Assembly: GCF_006345805.1 (NCBI RefSeq) | Contig: NC_043014.1 | Coordinates: 9,176,001 to 9,240,000 of the forward strand | From: Octopus sinensis | Lineage: Eukaryota | Direction: 5' to 3' | DNA length: 64,000 nucleotides | In this document: piece after piece, positions 37,372 through 50,420 of the stretch | How the letters are laid out: each line of letters opens with the position of its first letter | Numbering within the stretch: the stretch's first letter is position 1 | Translations under genes and position numbers: made by a program | The notes under the pieces: generated by a model | What the model was told of the DNA's origin: nothing | The model's input: only the letters and a program-made list of their open reading frames with translations | Databases searched by the model: none

Positions 37372-39199
37372 CATACACACACTTGCTTACTAGCATATAT
37401 ATATGTGTGTGTGTATCTATATGTGTATGTATATATCTATATTTTACGTACTTGCGTGTTATCACTATTTCTCCTCTCTGTTTGAAACATGAGACAATAT
37501 CCAAACATATTTCACCACTTTCTCCGACGCTATTCATTTATATCTGGTTAGTTACTATTCTACATTTCACCAAGTTTCTAATATCTTTATCCACCATACA
37601 CTTGTCATTTAAATGACTCTTGACTGCGGATTGTTACGTTAACCTTTTCTGAGTGCCGTCTCTTTTGAATGAAGCTCTGTATCTATATTCATGCTAGCGG
37701 TATCATATCGGATTAAGTGTTTAGTAGAATTCCTTCCGTATTTTTATGTCCTCCATTCAAGTAAGGCCGAGAATAATACCGTTTTTTCTCACTTCGTATT
37801 GATAACATATGTACTATTTGAGTGCTTATGTAAGCGACTTGTATCCTCTCTACAACAAATGGTGATTTGAATCCTTCAATTGACCGATGTTGTATTCAGG
37901 GAATAGTGTGACCTCCGACAGTTCGACGCCATGACAAATGGGTGAGTGGACGTATGGGGGCTAAAGCTCGCAAACCCACAAATACTGAATTATTTTCACT
38001 CTCCGCCACAGAAACCGGGAAACCTGGTTAGGCCTGAAAAGGGCGACAGAATATGTAAATATACATGTATACATATATATGTACATAGGTAGGTATGTAT
38101 AAATGCATTCATGCTATATATGTGTATACATACCTATGTGTATGTGTATGTGTGTGTGTGTGTGTGTGTATATATATAATAATGTGAAAAACGTATTATT
38201 TACCAATGAAAAATCGGTGAAAATCTGAGACGTCTTTTAATCAAGCTATATCCTTATGGCCTTGATCGAGGAAAAATTATTCAATAAATAGCAGTTTCTA
38301 TAATAAATTCTTTATGCTTTGTCTTTTATAAGGTATTGACACCTAAACGGAGGATTTGCAGATTCTATGAAATTATTTATTTTAATATCCGTTTCTCACT
38401 TTTTAAAGAAGGAATACATATAATGTCAGCGCAAAAACACGTTAACATCACAATACACTACCAACAGTATCTGAATTAATGCACCATTGTTGTATTCTGT
38501 ACCAATGGTTATTTCATTACTGCTTTGTGATTGTTCGCAATTTATTGTCTATTTTAGATTTTTAAATTCAACATCATACTTTGTTAAAAAGGAAATAGTG
38601 AAAACCGTCCTTTATACTCGAAAATATTCCAGTAGTTTTAATAACGTTTCCATTTAGAAAATGCTAATAGAAAAAATTCTATATTTCCTCCTGCCTTTTC
38701 ATATTAACTAGATTGTGATTTTGTTATCGAATACCAAAAATGAAATAAAGAATGAAAAAGCCAATATAATGTCTGGAGGTATAATTCCGAAAAATAAATA
38801 CTTAAAGCTTATTTCATAATATTTTTCAGTAAATATTCTAGTTAATCCTGTGTTATTACTGAATGTATGCAATTTACTGTTTAACAATACATAGTGAGGA
38901 AAAGTCCATATAAAGTCATATTTGGTAAGTTCAAGTATATTCGGACGTAGGATTTCTCCCCCTTCACATGTTGTAAACGTGTATTCAGCTCCGAATACAT
39001 CCTCCCATCCTACGACGTCATTTACTTTGCTATATGTATTTCCACACATGTATAGGAGGAGAATTTTCTTTCGAGATTATTTTTACAGAGAATGAGATTC
39101 TCAATGTCCGAATGATCTCGAATGCGTTAAATGTCATTTTACATGACTGTACATTATTCAGTGATTCTGTGTGCGACAATCTATCTATGTACCTGTCTG

Positions 39200-39289
<90 letters not shown>

Positions 39290-39399
39290 AATCTATTAAC
39301 CTACCTACCTATTTACCTACCTACCTACCTACCTACCTACCTACCTACCTCCCTACCTCCCACCCTCCCTCCCTCCCTCCCTCCCTCCTACCTACCTAC

Positions 39400-39459
<60 letters not shown>

Positions 39460-39477
39460 TTATCTATATCTATCTCT

Positions 39478-40020
39478 CAGGTCATTCCACAAATTCTGTC
39501 CGATTTTACCTTTTTTAAAATTGAATGTCGAATGGTATTAAAAAATATTTTTATGTATTTGTGTACATTTAAACTAATTAAATATTATTTTAAAGAATAA
39601 TAGAAATAAAATCTCTTTGATTAAAACCCTTTCTAACATGGAAGTAACCAAAGAGCATTTGAGACACATAATGCTTTACGAGTACAAAAAAGGAAACTCT
39701 GCAGCCGAAGCGACTCGAAACGTACACTCAGTTTATGGGAAAGAATGCTTGAATTAAAGAACTTGCAGAAGACGGTTTGCAAAATTCAGAAGTTGACATT
39801 TCAGCCTTGAAGATGAACATCGAACAGGACATCTAGTTGAGTTTGATGATAAGCTCCTTGAAGAAAATCCTGCATTATCAGTTGAAGAATTGGCAATAAA
39901 GCTTAGTTTAAACCATACAACTGTTCATCGTATTTTCAACAACTTGGAAAGTTTCCTAAACTTTGAAAATGGGTGTCTCATGAATTGTCCGAAAGCAACC
40001 GCAAATCCCGAGTCGAAATC
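39478..40020 (+). pseudogene. Mariner transposase N-terminal half with probable left TIR
   Basis: From ATG 39638: MEVTKEHLRHIMLYEYKKGNSAAEATRN..FSLEDEHRTG..EELAIKL..KWVSHELSE, with stops. Confidence 0.9.
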
Positions 40021-40449
40021 TGCTCTTCTCTACATTCTCTGTTCATTTATTCAACGTTCTCTTTCACGTCTTCTAGTATCGATGTAGCGTATATATATTT
40101 TTAAATCCTTAAGAATCCTTAAAAATGTTTTAGCCCGAAGGCCGCGGCCATGCTGGGGCATCAGTTGCAATGATTGTGGCATCTGGCAGTAGGACTGCCG
40201 AAGGCACTGTTTATTTTCCAGGAAGTCAAACTTTTTAAAGCATCGTTCGTGTATAATATAGCTAAATACCTTTTTAATGTATTCTCTTCAAAAATCTCTG
40301 TGTGTATATATATATATATAACGGGAAGCTTTATGAAAATAGACAAAAGACGAAGGCAGGTTTACGGAAATAAACAAAAGACAAAGGCAGGTGGAATACA
40401 AACAACAATTGTATATATATATATGTATATATATATATATAATATATAT

Positions 40450-40512
<63 letters not shown>

Positions 40513-40587
40513 TTTCAACAATTGAGGGTAAAATTAATTAATTATTAATCAATTTCACCAAGTATTCAGGCGAATTCAAAATATTAC

Positions 40588-40993
<406 letters not shown>

Positions 40994-41724
40994 GATAGAT
41001 AGATAGATATACATACATGTTTAAGCATTGCTTGCATAAATAAATGGAGAGCAAAACTGTTTTAAGAATTAAATAACGGTAAGCTGAAAAACGTAGTGCC
41101 GGAGAGAATTATATAAAACAGGAAACATTTTAGCACATTAAATATTTAAGCCGTTTTAGTTAGCAGACAGACATTTTAGTTGGAATCCAAACTGCGAAGA
41201 ACAAAAGAAACAAAAAAGAATGAGAGAAAGAGAAAGAAAGACAACATAGTGAAGGTGAATTATAAAATGATCTCTATGGGTATATAAATCTGTGTAGAGT
41301 AAAGTAGACTGAAGTGACATGTGAAAATGATATGATATTTGTTATATGAGAATAATCTGTTGCTGGTATAATTCCTGCACATTCGAAAACGTGATAAAGT
41401 TAGAGTTAAATCCAACTGGAATCTACGGACAACAACGCGATAAGCCGTTTCGTTTTTGACGAAAAAGAAGTAGAAAGAAAGGAGTATATAGAACAAGCAT
41501 GATATTATACACACACGCACATACACACACTCACATATGCACATACGTAAACAGAAATATATTGGAAAAAATGGTAAGACAACAAAGGATTGAAAGAGAC
41601 CCCGATATTATGTAAGTAGAGGAATTTATCTGTGACAATATTTGTCACATATTACATTTACATATATATGCATATGTATATATATATATATGCATATATA
41701 CATGTATATATATATATATATATA

Positions 41725-42326
41725 TCCCACCTTGAATACTGTTGTCCACTGTGGTCTCCCCACACAATACAAGGTATCATAAAAGTTGAAGCACCTCAAA
41801 GGGCAATCACAAAAAAGATAGATGGCATGACAGGCCTCGACTATTGGGGTCGACTAGAAAAGCTAAAACTCTATTCTCTCCAACGTCGTCGTGAGCGCTA
41901 CATCATCTGCATGATGTGGAAAATATTCCATCAGCATTGCCCAAATGATGTTGGCATCACCTTTAAGGTACATCCAAGGCTTGGGCCCCGTGCCATCCGC
42001 CCAAAACAAAAATCGCACTCTCATCTCATAACAACAATACGGCACAATTATTTCACCTCAATTGGCCCCGCTCTCTTTAACATTACACCAAAACACATTA
42101 AAACAGAAACTGACCCTATAGGGTTCAAGAAGTCTTTGGACAGATTCCTTCAAGAAATCCCGGATAAACCCCCTACACCCGGATATGTCTCTGTAAACAA
42201 TAACTCTCTACTTGAGTGGGCCATATTGCCCAAATCCTAACTTGAAAGACTTCACCAGGTGGTGCTATTAAGTTAGACATGGCCTGGGCCAATAATGGCC
42301 GAAACCTATCAAAGTATCAAAGTAAA

Positions 42327-42328
<2 letters not shown>
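41725..42328 (+). mobile_element. 3' end of a second CR1/L2-group LINE
   Basis: HLEYCCPLWSP..QRAITKKIDGM..YWGRLEKLKLYSLQRRRERY..FKKSLDRFLQEIPDKP; 3' UTR ends in (atcaaagt)n. Confidence 0.9.
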
Positions 42329-42386
<58 letters not shown>

Positions 42387-42411
42387 GTATGTATATATGT
42401 ATGTATGTATG

Positions 42412-42445
<34 letters not shown>

Positions 42446-42447
42446 TG

Positions 42448-42479
<32 letters not shown>

Positions 42480-43239
42480 GATATACGCATTAAATAGTTA
42501 TAATATAAAAAGATAGAATCGAACTCACAACAATTGTTTCTGTGCATTGCCAAACCTGTTATTTGCTGAGTGTTTCACAAATTATACATATCATTATGTA
42601 AAGATTATATAATTACGATTCTGCAATAGCCGTGTATTCGAACGTCATCACGTGAGTGGTTTTGAGAGCACAGCGAGTTCATCTATAATTTCTCGTTGTT
42701 TGTTAGCCGTATTGCATTTTTAGCATTTCCTAGTAAAAATGCAACACGTAGATTCAAATAGACGCAAGTCATAAAAAATATCAAATATATTATTTGAAAT
42801 ATAATTTAAAAATGTAAATTATAGAATAAACAAAATTAATGAATTGGAATAAAAAAATCAAAAATATAAACCATATATTAACAAAGATACGTTTGACACA
42901 CTAATATGTTGCCAAAATAAAAACTATAAGAATTCCTTATCTCTTTTGTTTGTAAGCGTTTTACTGCGAACGACGAGTGGTCAACTTGTTACTCCAGTGG
43001 GATATCTTCTCTGCCACTCTGCTCATGAACTGGTAGTTCCCCGCCACAGTTGCTTAATCAATAATTATTAGATGCTAACACATAAGAAAAAAATTATTCG
43101 CTCGCACCATTTTATACACGCTTGTTTGTTCATTGGGTGACGGCCCCGTCACCAAAGTGACCCTTAATGCAGAAGACTACTGGACAGAACAACGGCTTGT
43201 CGCTACACGCATGATAATTGCCATTTGTAAAAAAAAAAA

Positions 43240-45110
43240 ACCGAGGATACAATATCATCCACCATCTCGTAGAAAATATGACATCTCAAACTCGAGAACT
43301 CTGACACTGCAACCATTTTTGAAGCAAAAATTAGTTAAGAACTTAATTCTGACCCAGTAAACGACCAGTGTATGGATGAATAATGGTGAACTAATGGCGA
43401 AATAGTCACAGATACAGCAAGCACTATTATCAACTTTAACAAGACTAAAAGTCAAGACTGGTTTGATGAAAACAACATTGAAATCAACAACCTGATTGAG
43501 GCAAAAATCAATGTTTCACAGGTTCATGAACAAGACCGAAGATCCAGACTCAAAAAGGAGCATTTCTGGAAGCTAAAAGAAGATTGTCAGTTAAAACTAA
43601 GAGAACTGCAACACATTTGGTGTCAAGAAAAAGCAGTCAAACTTCAGGGCTACGCAGATGCACGTGACCTCATAGTTTTTTTTATGATTGAACAAAACCA
43701 CTATTTGGACCAGTATAAACATAACTGGATCCCTTCTAGCAGCTGCCAATACAAACATCTTTACCAATTCACGAGATATATTCTTACGCGGAGGAACATT
43801 TTCCTGCTCTCTGGAATAGAAACTTGAACACAGCAGAGAACATCCTGCAACAACGTTCCAAATCATCCTCCTCAATTGTGGATGAACAGGAGACCTTACA
43901 CGTCATGAATCCAAGCAAGATATGAAGCAAATGAGACCAAGTAAGTTACCCGTTTGGAGCTGATCAAACATGGAGGTTTACCCTTGCAAACGGGCGTCTT
44001 CACACTCATCTTGAAGATGCGGGTGTCTCAAAACGGTCCTAAAGAACTCAAAGATGCAGTTCTCATAACGATCTTCAAAAAGTGCGATCGAAATGACTGT
44101 AGGAACTCTAGAGGAATATCATTGCACTCCATCACCGGAAAGGTCTTTACCAGCATTTTTCTAAACGGCTCCAGATCATCGCCAAAAAGATCCTATCATA
44201 ATCTCAATGTGGATTCCGTGCTGCTCGTGGCAAAATTAACATGATTTTCAATGCAAGGCAACTCGAAGAGAAAAGCAGGGAACACAACCCATTCTTTTTT
44301 TCTATGACTTGGAAAATGCTTTTGGTAACGTTCCAAGAAATGCTATGTAGAAGGTGCTTTATGATTTTGGATATCCTGGTCACCTTAACTCTCTTGTTCA
44401 AGCAATGAATGTCTGGATGTGTATTCCACCAAAACATGTCAGAAGAATTTCCATTCACTTGGAGACTGAAAAGTATGTCTTGGTGCCTACGGTATTCTAC
44501 TTGTATCTGGCTGCAATTATACACGACGCTCCTCAGATAATTCAGAAGTTGTCATCAGATGTAGGACTTTTCGATCTTAGTAGACTTCAGTTTAAACATC
44601 TGACACACATGTAAAACATCTGAGAATTTTTGGTATGCTGATGATAATGTTGCCCTCTATCATTCGAAAGAAGAACCACGACAGTCTGTAAACAACTTTA
44701 CTATGGCTTGTCAACGCTTTAGCCTTACACTAAATATCAAAAAACTAAGGTCCTTGAACAACCAGCCCCAAATACCATAACACCAGATTTTGATGTTTCC
44801 ATCTGGGACACATCTCTCTAAAAGGTAGAACATTTTCCATATCTAGGTAGTCTTTCATTAAACGAGTGTACCTTAAAAAATGATGTGGAACTCAGAACTG
44901 GAGCTGTACACGGGGCATTTGGAAATTCAACCAAGCACGTCTTCACCAACAAAGGTATTAACAACGAAAATTATGGTTCATAATTGTGTTGTCTTCTCAA
45001 TACTAGGGGATTATCATGCCCCTATTTATTGCCTTCTCTATTCTCTGGACTTACGCTACTGTAGACGATATTCATGCATACTTACAGTTATGTATACACA
45101 CGCGCATAAA
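43240..45110 (+). pseudogene. Degenerate RTE-clade (BovB-like) LINE ORF
   Basis: DWFDENN, ELIKHGG, DAVLITIFKK..RGISLHSITGKVF, CGFRAARG..MIF.ARQLEEKSRE, LYADD, LNIKK, HFPYLGS across many disruptions. Confidence 0.88.
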
Positions 45111-45137
45111 TGTTCGGAGTGCTTTTAAATCGCAGAT

Positions 45138-45546
45138 AGACACACATAAACTTATTTCTTTACTACCCACAATGGGCTAAACATAGACACACATAAACTT
45201 ATTTCTTTACTACCCACAATGGGCTAAACATAGACACACATAAACTTATTTCTTTACTACCCACAATGGGCTAAACATAGACACACATAAACTTATTTCT
45301 TTACTAAACATAGACACACATAAACTTATTTCTTTACTACCCACAATGGGCTAAACATAGACACACATAAACTTATTTCTTTACTACCCACAATGGGCTA
45401 AACATAGACACACATAAACTTATTTCTTTACTACCCACAATGGGCTAAACATAGACACACATAAACTTATTTCTTTACTACCCACAAGGGGCTAAACATA
45501 GACACACATAAACTTATTTCTTTACTACCCACAAGGGGCTAAACAC
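45138..45546. repeat. 47-bp minisatellite, 9 units, derived from a SINE B tail plus flank
   Basis: Unit agacacacataaacttatttctttactacccacaatgggctaaacat starts at 45138, 45185, 45232, 45279 (33 bp), 45312, 45359, 45406, 45453 and 45500. Confidence 0.95.
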
Positions 45547-45740
45547 AGAGAGGACAAACAAGGACAGACAAACGGATGAAGTCGATTATATCGACCCCAG
45601 TGCGTAACTGGTACTTATTTAATCGACCCCGAAAGGATGAAAGGCAAAGTCCACCTCGGCAGAATTTGAACTCAGAATGTAACGGCAGGCGAAATACGGC
45701 TACGCATTTCGCCCGGCGTGCTAACGATTCTGTCAGCTCA
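45513..45740 (-). mobile_element. SINE family B
   Basis: Near full-length B consensus continuing from the last minisatellite unit. Confidence 0.9.
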
Positions 45741-45898
45741 CACATAAACACCATTGAGAAGAAAATGTCCGCAATACATATTTGCACTATACTCTTTTTG
45801 TATAACGATAGTTTTTTCATGATGGTTAATTTATGACCTTTATTGCATTGCTGACTAAGAATATAGTTTGGAAATTCGAAGTTACATTTATAATTATA

Positions 45899-46281
45899 CT
45901 AGCAGTATCGCCCGGCGTTGCTCGGGTTTGTAAGGGAAATAACTATAAAGCATTTTTAGAGAGTTATAGCCAAAAAATAGCAAAAAAATGGAAAAAAATG
46001 ATGGTAAATTTTTTTTGAGAGTTAAAAAGGTCGAGTTGCGTCCCCTAGACAGTCTGTGGTTTGTGTTTCTGATTCTCGTCCCCATGTCGAATTTATCGAT
46101 TTTTTTCAGAACTGGAGGAATTTTTCAAAATTTTCGCTGCGTTAGTTTTGAATTATGACATTGGGCTATGTGTGTGTCAAGTTTCATCAGAATCGGTTGA
46201 AAGCCGTGGTCAGGGTGAGGGTACAACCAAACAGACACACAGAAGCACACACAGACAAACTGCCGTTTATATAGAGAGAGA
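45899..46281 (-). mobile_element. Non-autonomous Helitron, 383 bp
   Basis: On the minus strand: 5' TC after A, 3' CTAG before T, subterminal hairpin cccgagcaacgccggg (45911-45926), internal aagtttcatcagaatcgg. Confidence 0.85.
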
Positions 46282-46812
46282 TACATGCATTTACTTAAAC
46301 ATATAAAGCTTTATGATGTATCAACATTCATGCTTATGTACAAGTTTTATTGTTTTTTGCATACAAGATGGCCATGGTTATAAAATGGACTTAAATAATA
46401 TTCGTAATAAAGAGTTTTAGGATTCCGATAATGGGAGGATTAAAGTGTAGTGAACGAAGGAAGATCGATGGTTTTAAGTTGAGAAACGTGCTATTGGAAC
46501 CAGTTGATTAATTTGTCGACAGACTAATCGTAATACAAGATTAGAGCGGATAGCTTTGATGAATGGAAACAGAAAGTGACTATTGTTATTAACTAAATAA
46601 TCAGAAGCAGAGATCCGATTAGTACGAAAGATCCTGTTCTTGATAAACTAATCGGACAATGCTTAGCTGTAAACGAGAAAAAAGCAGGAAATGCTGTGCA
46701 TATATAAAGGAGGTTTACCACGAGGATTTTAATGAGGGGATTGGAAATTATGTTCGAATATGGCATGGGAATTACATACAACATAGAAAATGCATTTATA
46801 AATTTTCAATAT

Positions 46813-46987
46813 GGGCAGGAGCGGCTGTGTGGTAAGTAGCTTGCTTACCAACCACATGGTTCCGGGTTCAGTCCCACTGCGTGGCACCTTGGGCAAGTGT
46901 CTTCTCCCATAGCCTCGGGCCGACCAAAGCCTTGTGAGTGGATTTGGTGGACGGAAATTGAAAGAAGCTCGTCGTATATATGTATAT

Positions 46988-47018
<31 letters not shown>

Positions 47019-47290
47019 GTGTGTGTGCGTGTGTGTGTGTGTGTGTGGTGTGTGTGTGTGTGTGTGTGTGTGTTTGTGTGTCTGTGTTTTCCTCCCTCCC
47101 CAACATATCTTGACAACCGATGGTGGTGTGTTTACGTCCACGTAACTTAGGGGTTCGGCAAACGAGACCGATAGAATAAGTACTAGGCTTACAAAGAATA
47201 AGTTCTGAGGTAGATTTGCTCGACTAAAGGCGGTGCTCCAGCATGGTTGCAGTCAAATGACTGAAACAAAAATAGTAAAAGAGTAAAAAA
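46813..47290 (+). mobile_element. SINE family A, full length
   Basis: Head, internal microsatellite and tail all present. Confidence 0.92.
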
Positions 47291-47892
47291 GAGATATAAC
47301 GTGATTGAAATAAGAACAAAATGGTGGTAACCTGGAGGAGACAAACCGATATATTCCACAGTTGATTAAGTTTCCTATGTTACACAAATTATCAAATAAA
47401 ATTAAGTATATGAATATAGGGAGTAAAGTTGGCAATATAGAAGTAGTGATATTGGTTATCTAAACATTAATAATGTTTAAAACAGGTTCTGTTAAGTATT
47501 GCATTGGCAATTGCGATGTCCTGGAATAAACGTGGCAATGGAGGGTTAAGTGTGACGTAGGTGTTTTAGTAAAGCCAGTGAACATAAGGAACGTTTAAGC
47601 AATATGCTTGTATGGTGTTCCTATAGTACTGGAGGAAACTCGGAAGATGATCACAAAAGACTTAGTGTGTAGCGGAAAACATTAATATGAAAGATGTCCA
47701 CTGATCAATATCGAAATCATACAAGCTGATATAATAGATTTAAGAAATATAAAGATTAAATTTGATATTCATAATTGTTGCATTTCCTTTGAAGTTAACG
47801 TATTTGGACGCTTTTATTCGGGAGAGACTTGTATGTCTTTGTACGTTGGATCATATCGATTTCAGGCAAATTTAGTTTTATACATTTTTATC

Positions 47893-48076
47893 CAATCAGA
47901 AAAACAGCTTAATATGTGTTGCAGATACTTAGGACAAAATAAGATTGTTAATACAATCAGAAAAACAGCTTAATATGTGTTGCAGATACTTAGGACAAAA
48001 TAAGATTGTTAATACAATCAGAAAAACAGCTTAATATGTGTTGCAGATACTTAGGACAAAATAAGATTGTTAATAC
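47893..48076. repeat. 61-bp tandem repeat x3
   Basis: caatcagaaaaacagcttaatatgtgttgcagatacttaggacaaaataagattgttaata starts at 47893, 47954 and 48015. Confidence 0.95.
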
Positions 48077-48379
48077 TAGAAGGACCGAGGGCATCAGTTG
48101 ACTCATGTTAAAATCTTAATTTCACACAATTCAAAAAACTATGGTAGATTTTGACATCATGGTGCTTGACGTTTTGTAGTTTTATTATACCTATAAACAC
48201 AAAGTTATAGGTTGTTTCATCAACTGTAAAAACAAAAGATAATAAACCGCATTCTACCTATGAAGACCACACACGTCAACTGACACATTGACACCTTTTG
48301 AAACTTGCTCCTGCTTTTGTTTATAAATACATGTAACAAGGTTTTAGATATTCAATAATTGCGTCGCCTTTACACCTCA

Positions 48380-49020
48380 CAAATCCAAACTTCATTTTAG
48401 TCGCAACAATTCGTCAGAACAGAAGGGAGTTACCAGAAGCAGTAAAACAGGCGAAGCCAATCCATGAAACTGTGGCTTTGAAATCTACAGAGAAGCTTAT
48501 TGTCACACATCATACCATTGCAAAAAACCAAAGTCCTGTGTTGTTTTGAGTACGTTACAACATGTAAAAGTTCGTTCTAAAACAAACCCCAAGAAAAAAA
48601 TTGACACCATACTTTCTTATAACAAAGGTAAGGTAGGCGTAGACATGTTTGACCAAATGGCAAGGCTTTATTCAATCAAATCAAACAATAGACGATGACC
48701 AATTAACGTTTTTTTTTTACAAAAGAATATTTGGGATGGTTCTTCTAAATAGATGGATAATGAACACAAGTGTTTGCAAGTCAGTCATTAGTCAACTGGA
48801 ATATATTCAATATAGTCAAAAATTTGCTGAAGGACTTTGTAATGATTGACCTCACGGTCGTTCATGTATTATCAATCTCCCTATTGAGGAAATATCAAAC
48901 TCTAGAAATAAAGTCAGACCTACATGTGTAAAAGCAAAATGCCGAAACAGAACCACAGAAATGTATGGAATCTGAAAAAAATTCTCTGTGTGGCAAATGT
49001 GCGCTAAAATATTGTGATGA
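48380..49020 (+). pseudogene. piggyBac transposase C-terminal remnant
   Basis: VVLSTLQH..YNKGKVGVDMFDQMARLYSIKSNNRR*PINVFFY and cysteine-rich tail TCVKAKCRNRTTEM..LCGKC; possible right TIR ctggtccttaaagg at 49595-49608. Confidence 0.85.
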
Positions 49021-49124
49021 AAGTTTAGAATTTCAATAAATTTCTTTTTATTTTGTAAGGATAAATTTCTTTAAAAATAACAAACTATTGCGACTAATAT
49101 TACTGTAAAGTCATAACATTCAAT

Positions 49125-49509
49125 CGACCTTTATTCTCTTGAAAAACGCCGCCGCCGTGGTGATCTCATTCTCGCCTACAACATCATAAGCGGAAAGTGT
49201 AACCTCTCGAAAGAGCTGTTCTTCACTCCTGCTCCAGAGCGTCGGCTGCGGGGTCATTCCGAAAAGCTCTACCTGCGACGATTTCATCTCAATCGAAGGA
49301 GAGGAGCTTTCTCCGTCCGGGTTGCGGATCCGTGGAACAAGCTGCCAGACGAGATGGTGAAGATGCCGACGACCGCTTTGTTCAAAGCCTCCCTGGACCT
49401 CAAGTGGCCTGAACTCTTTACATGAACACCACCCTGTACTTAACTCCATGTCCCCCTACATGGCCTTGCTATTTGCTTTTGAGCCAAATTAACTAACTAA
49501 CTAACTAAC
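49125..49509 (+). mobile_element. Short 3' copy of the 14170-15644 CR1-group LINE
   Basis: Near-identical to about 15241-15620; (AACT)n tail; 11-bp TSD taacatt(c/t)aat (49114-49124 / 49510-49520). Confidence 0.93.
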
Positions 49510-50066
49510 TAACATTTAATAAAGGTGTTTCACGTCTTTTTGCCTTTTCGTTTCTTGTCAACTTGAAAAATATTTTTGCGCCAATAAACGCATTCTGGTC
49601 CTTAAAGGTAGGTGAAAAGTCTTGTCCTTCTGGTGTTAATTATGTGCTTCTTAAAATATTTAACGAAAAATATAAAATTTGTTCTAGGGATTTCGAAGCA
49701 AACTGAAGTGGTTAAATGAGTAAAAATAATCTTGGATGTTACAACAGAGATTAGTAATATAACTATAATGACTAAATGTTTATTATTAGAATAACGATTT
49801 CCATATTGTGGAAGAAACTTATGTAGAACGCTGCATATTTATTGATTAAAAAATTAAATCTTTTGCTTGTTATTTAATAAGTTACAGAAAAAATAGATAG
49901 ACGATATGACGTTAGACTTAATCTGATAAAACGAATGAATATGCAACGAATAATTAATTAATCACTTTAACTGTGGCTTAATGAACGACTACTGATATTT
50001 TAAGCGCATCCCGAACTATTTCAAGCTTGCGACTGAGTTGGAAATTAATCGTTGTAGAACAATACC

Positions 50067-50420
50067 AAATATTGGTTTCAAAGTTTGACACAGCCAATTC
50101 GAGGGAAGAGGTTGTGTAGCTTAGAGCGAACCCAGTGATAAATTGGTACTATTTTATCTGATCGGAAGCATGAGTGACAAATTCGACATCGGCGTAGATT
50201 TGAACTCAGAACGCAAAGATGGATAAAATGCCGCAAATCATTTCGCTGTGGAGTGTGGGGATAACAATTCTGTCTGCTTGCCGCCTTCGAAGAGTGCCAA
50301 TATATTGGTATCAAATTTTGGCACAAGGCCAGAAATTTCATGGGAGGAAGAAATAGTACCAAATATTAAAAATATTCTTTTCAACTCTAGGCACAAGGCC
50401 TAAAATTTTAGGAAAATAAA
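50067..50420 (-). mobile_element. Degenerate SINE B-related units
   Basis: cgaacccagtga..ctggtact..atttgaactcagaacg and ctctaggcacaaggcc tails. Confidence 0.65.

Noticed and set aside
45138-48076. 47-bp and 61-bp regular repeats as CRISPR-like arrays
   Set aside because: Units are contiguous with no unique spacers, the context is eukaryotic, and there are no cas genes.
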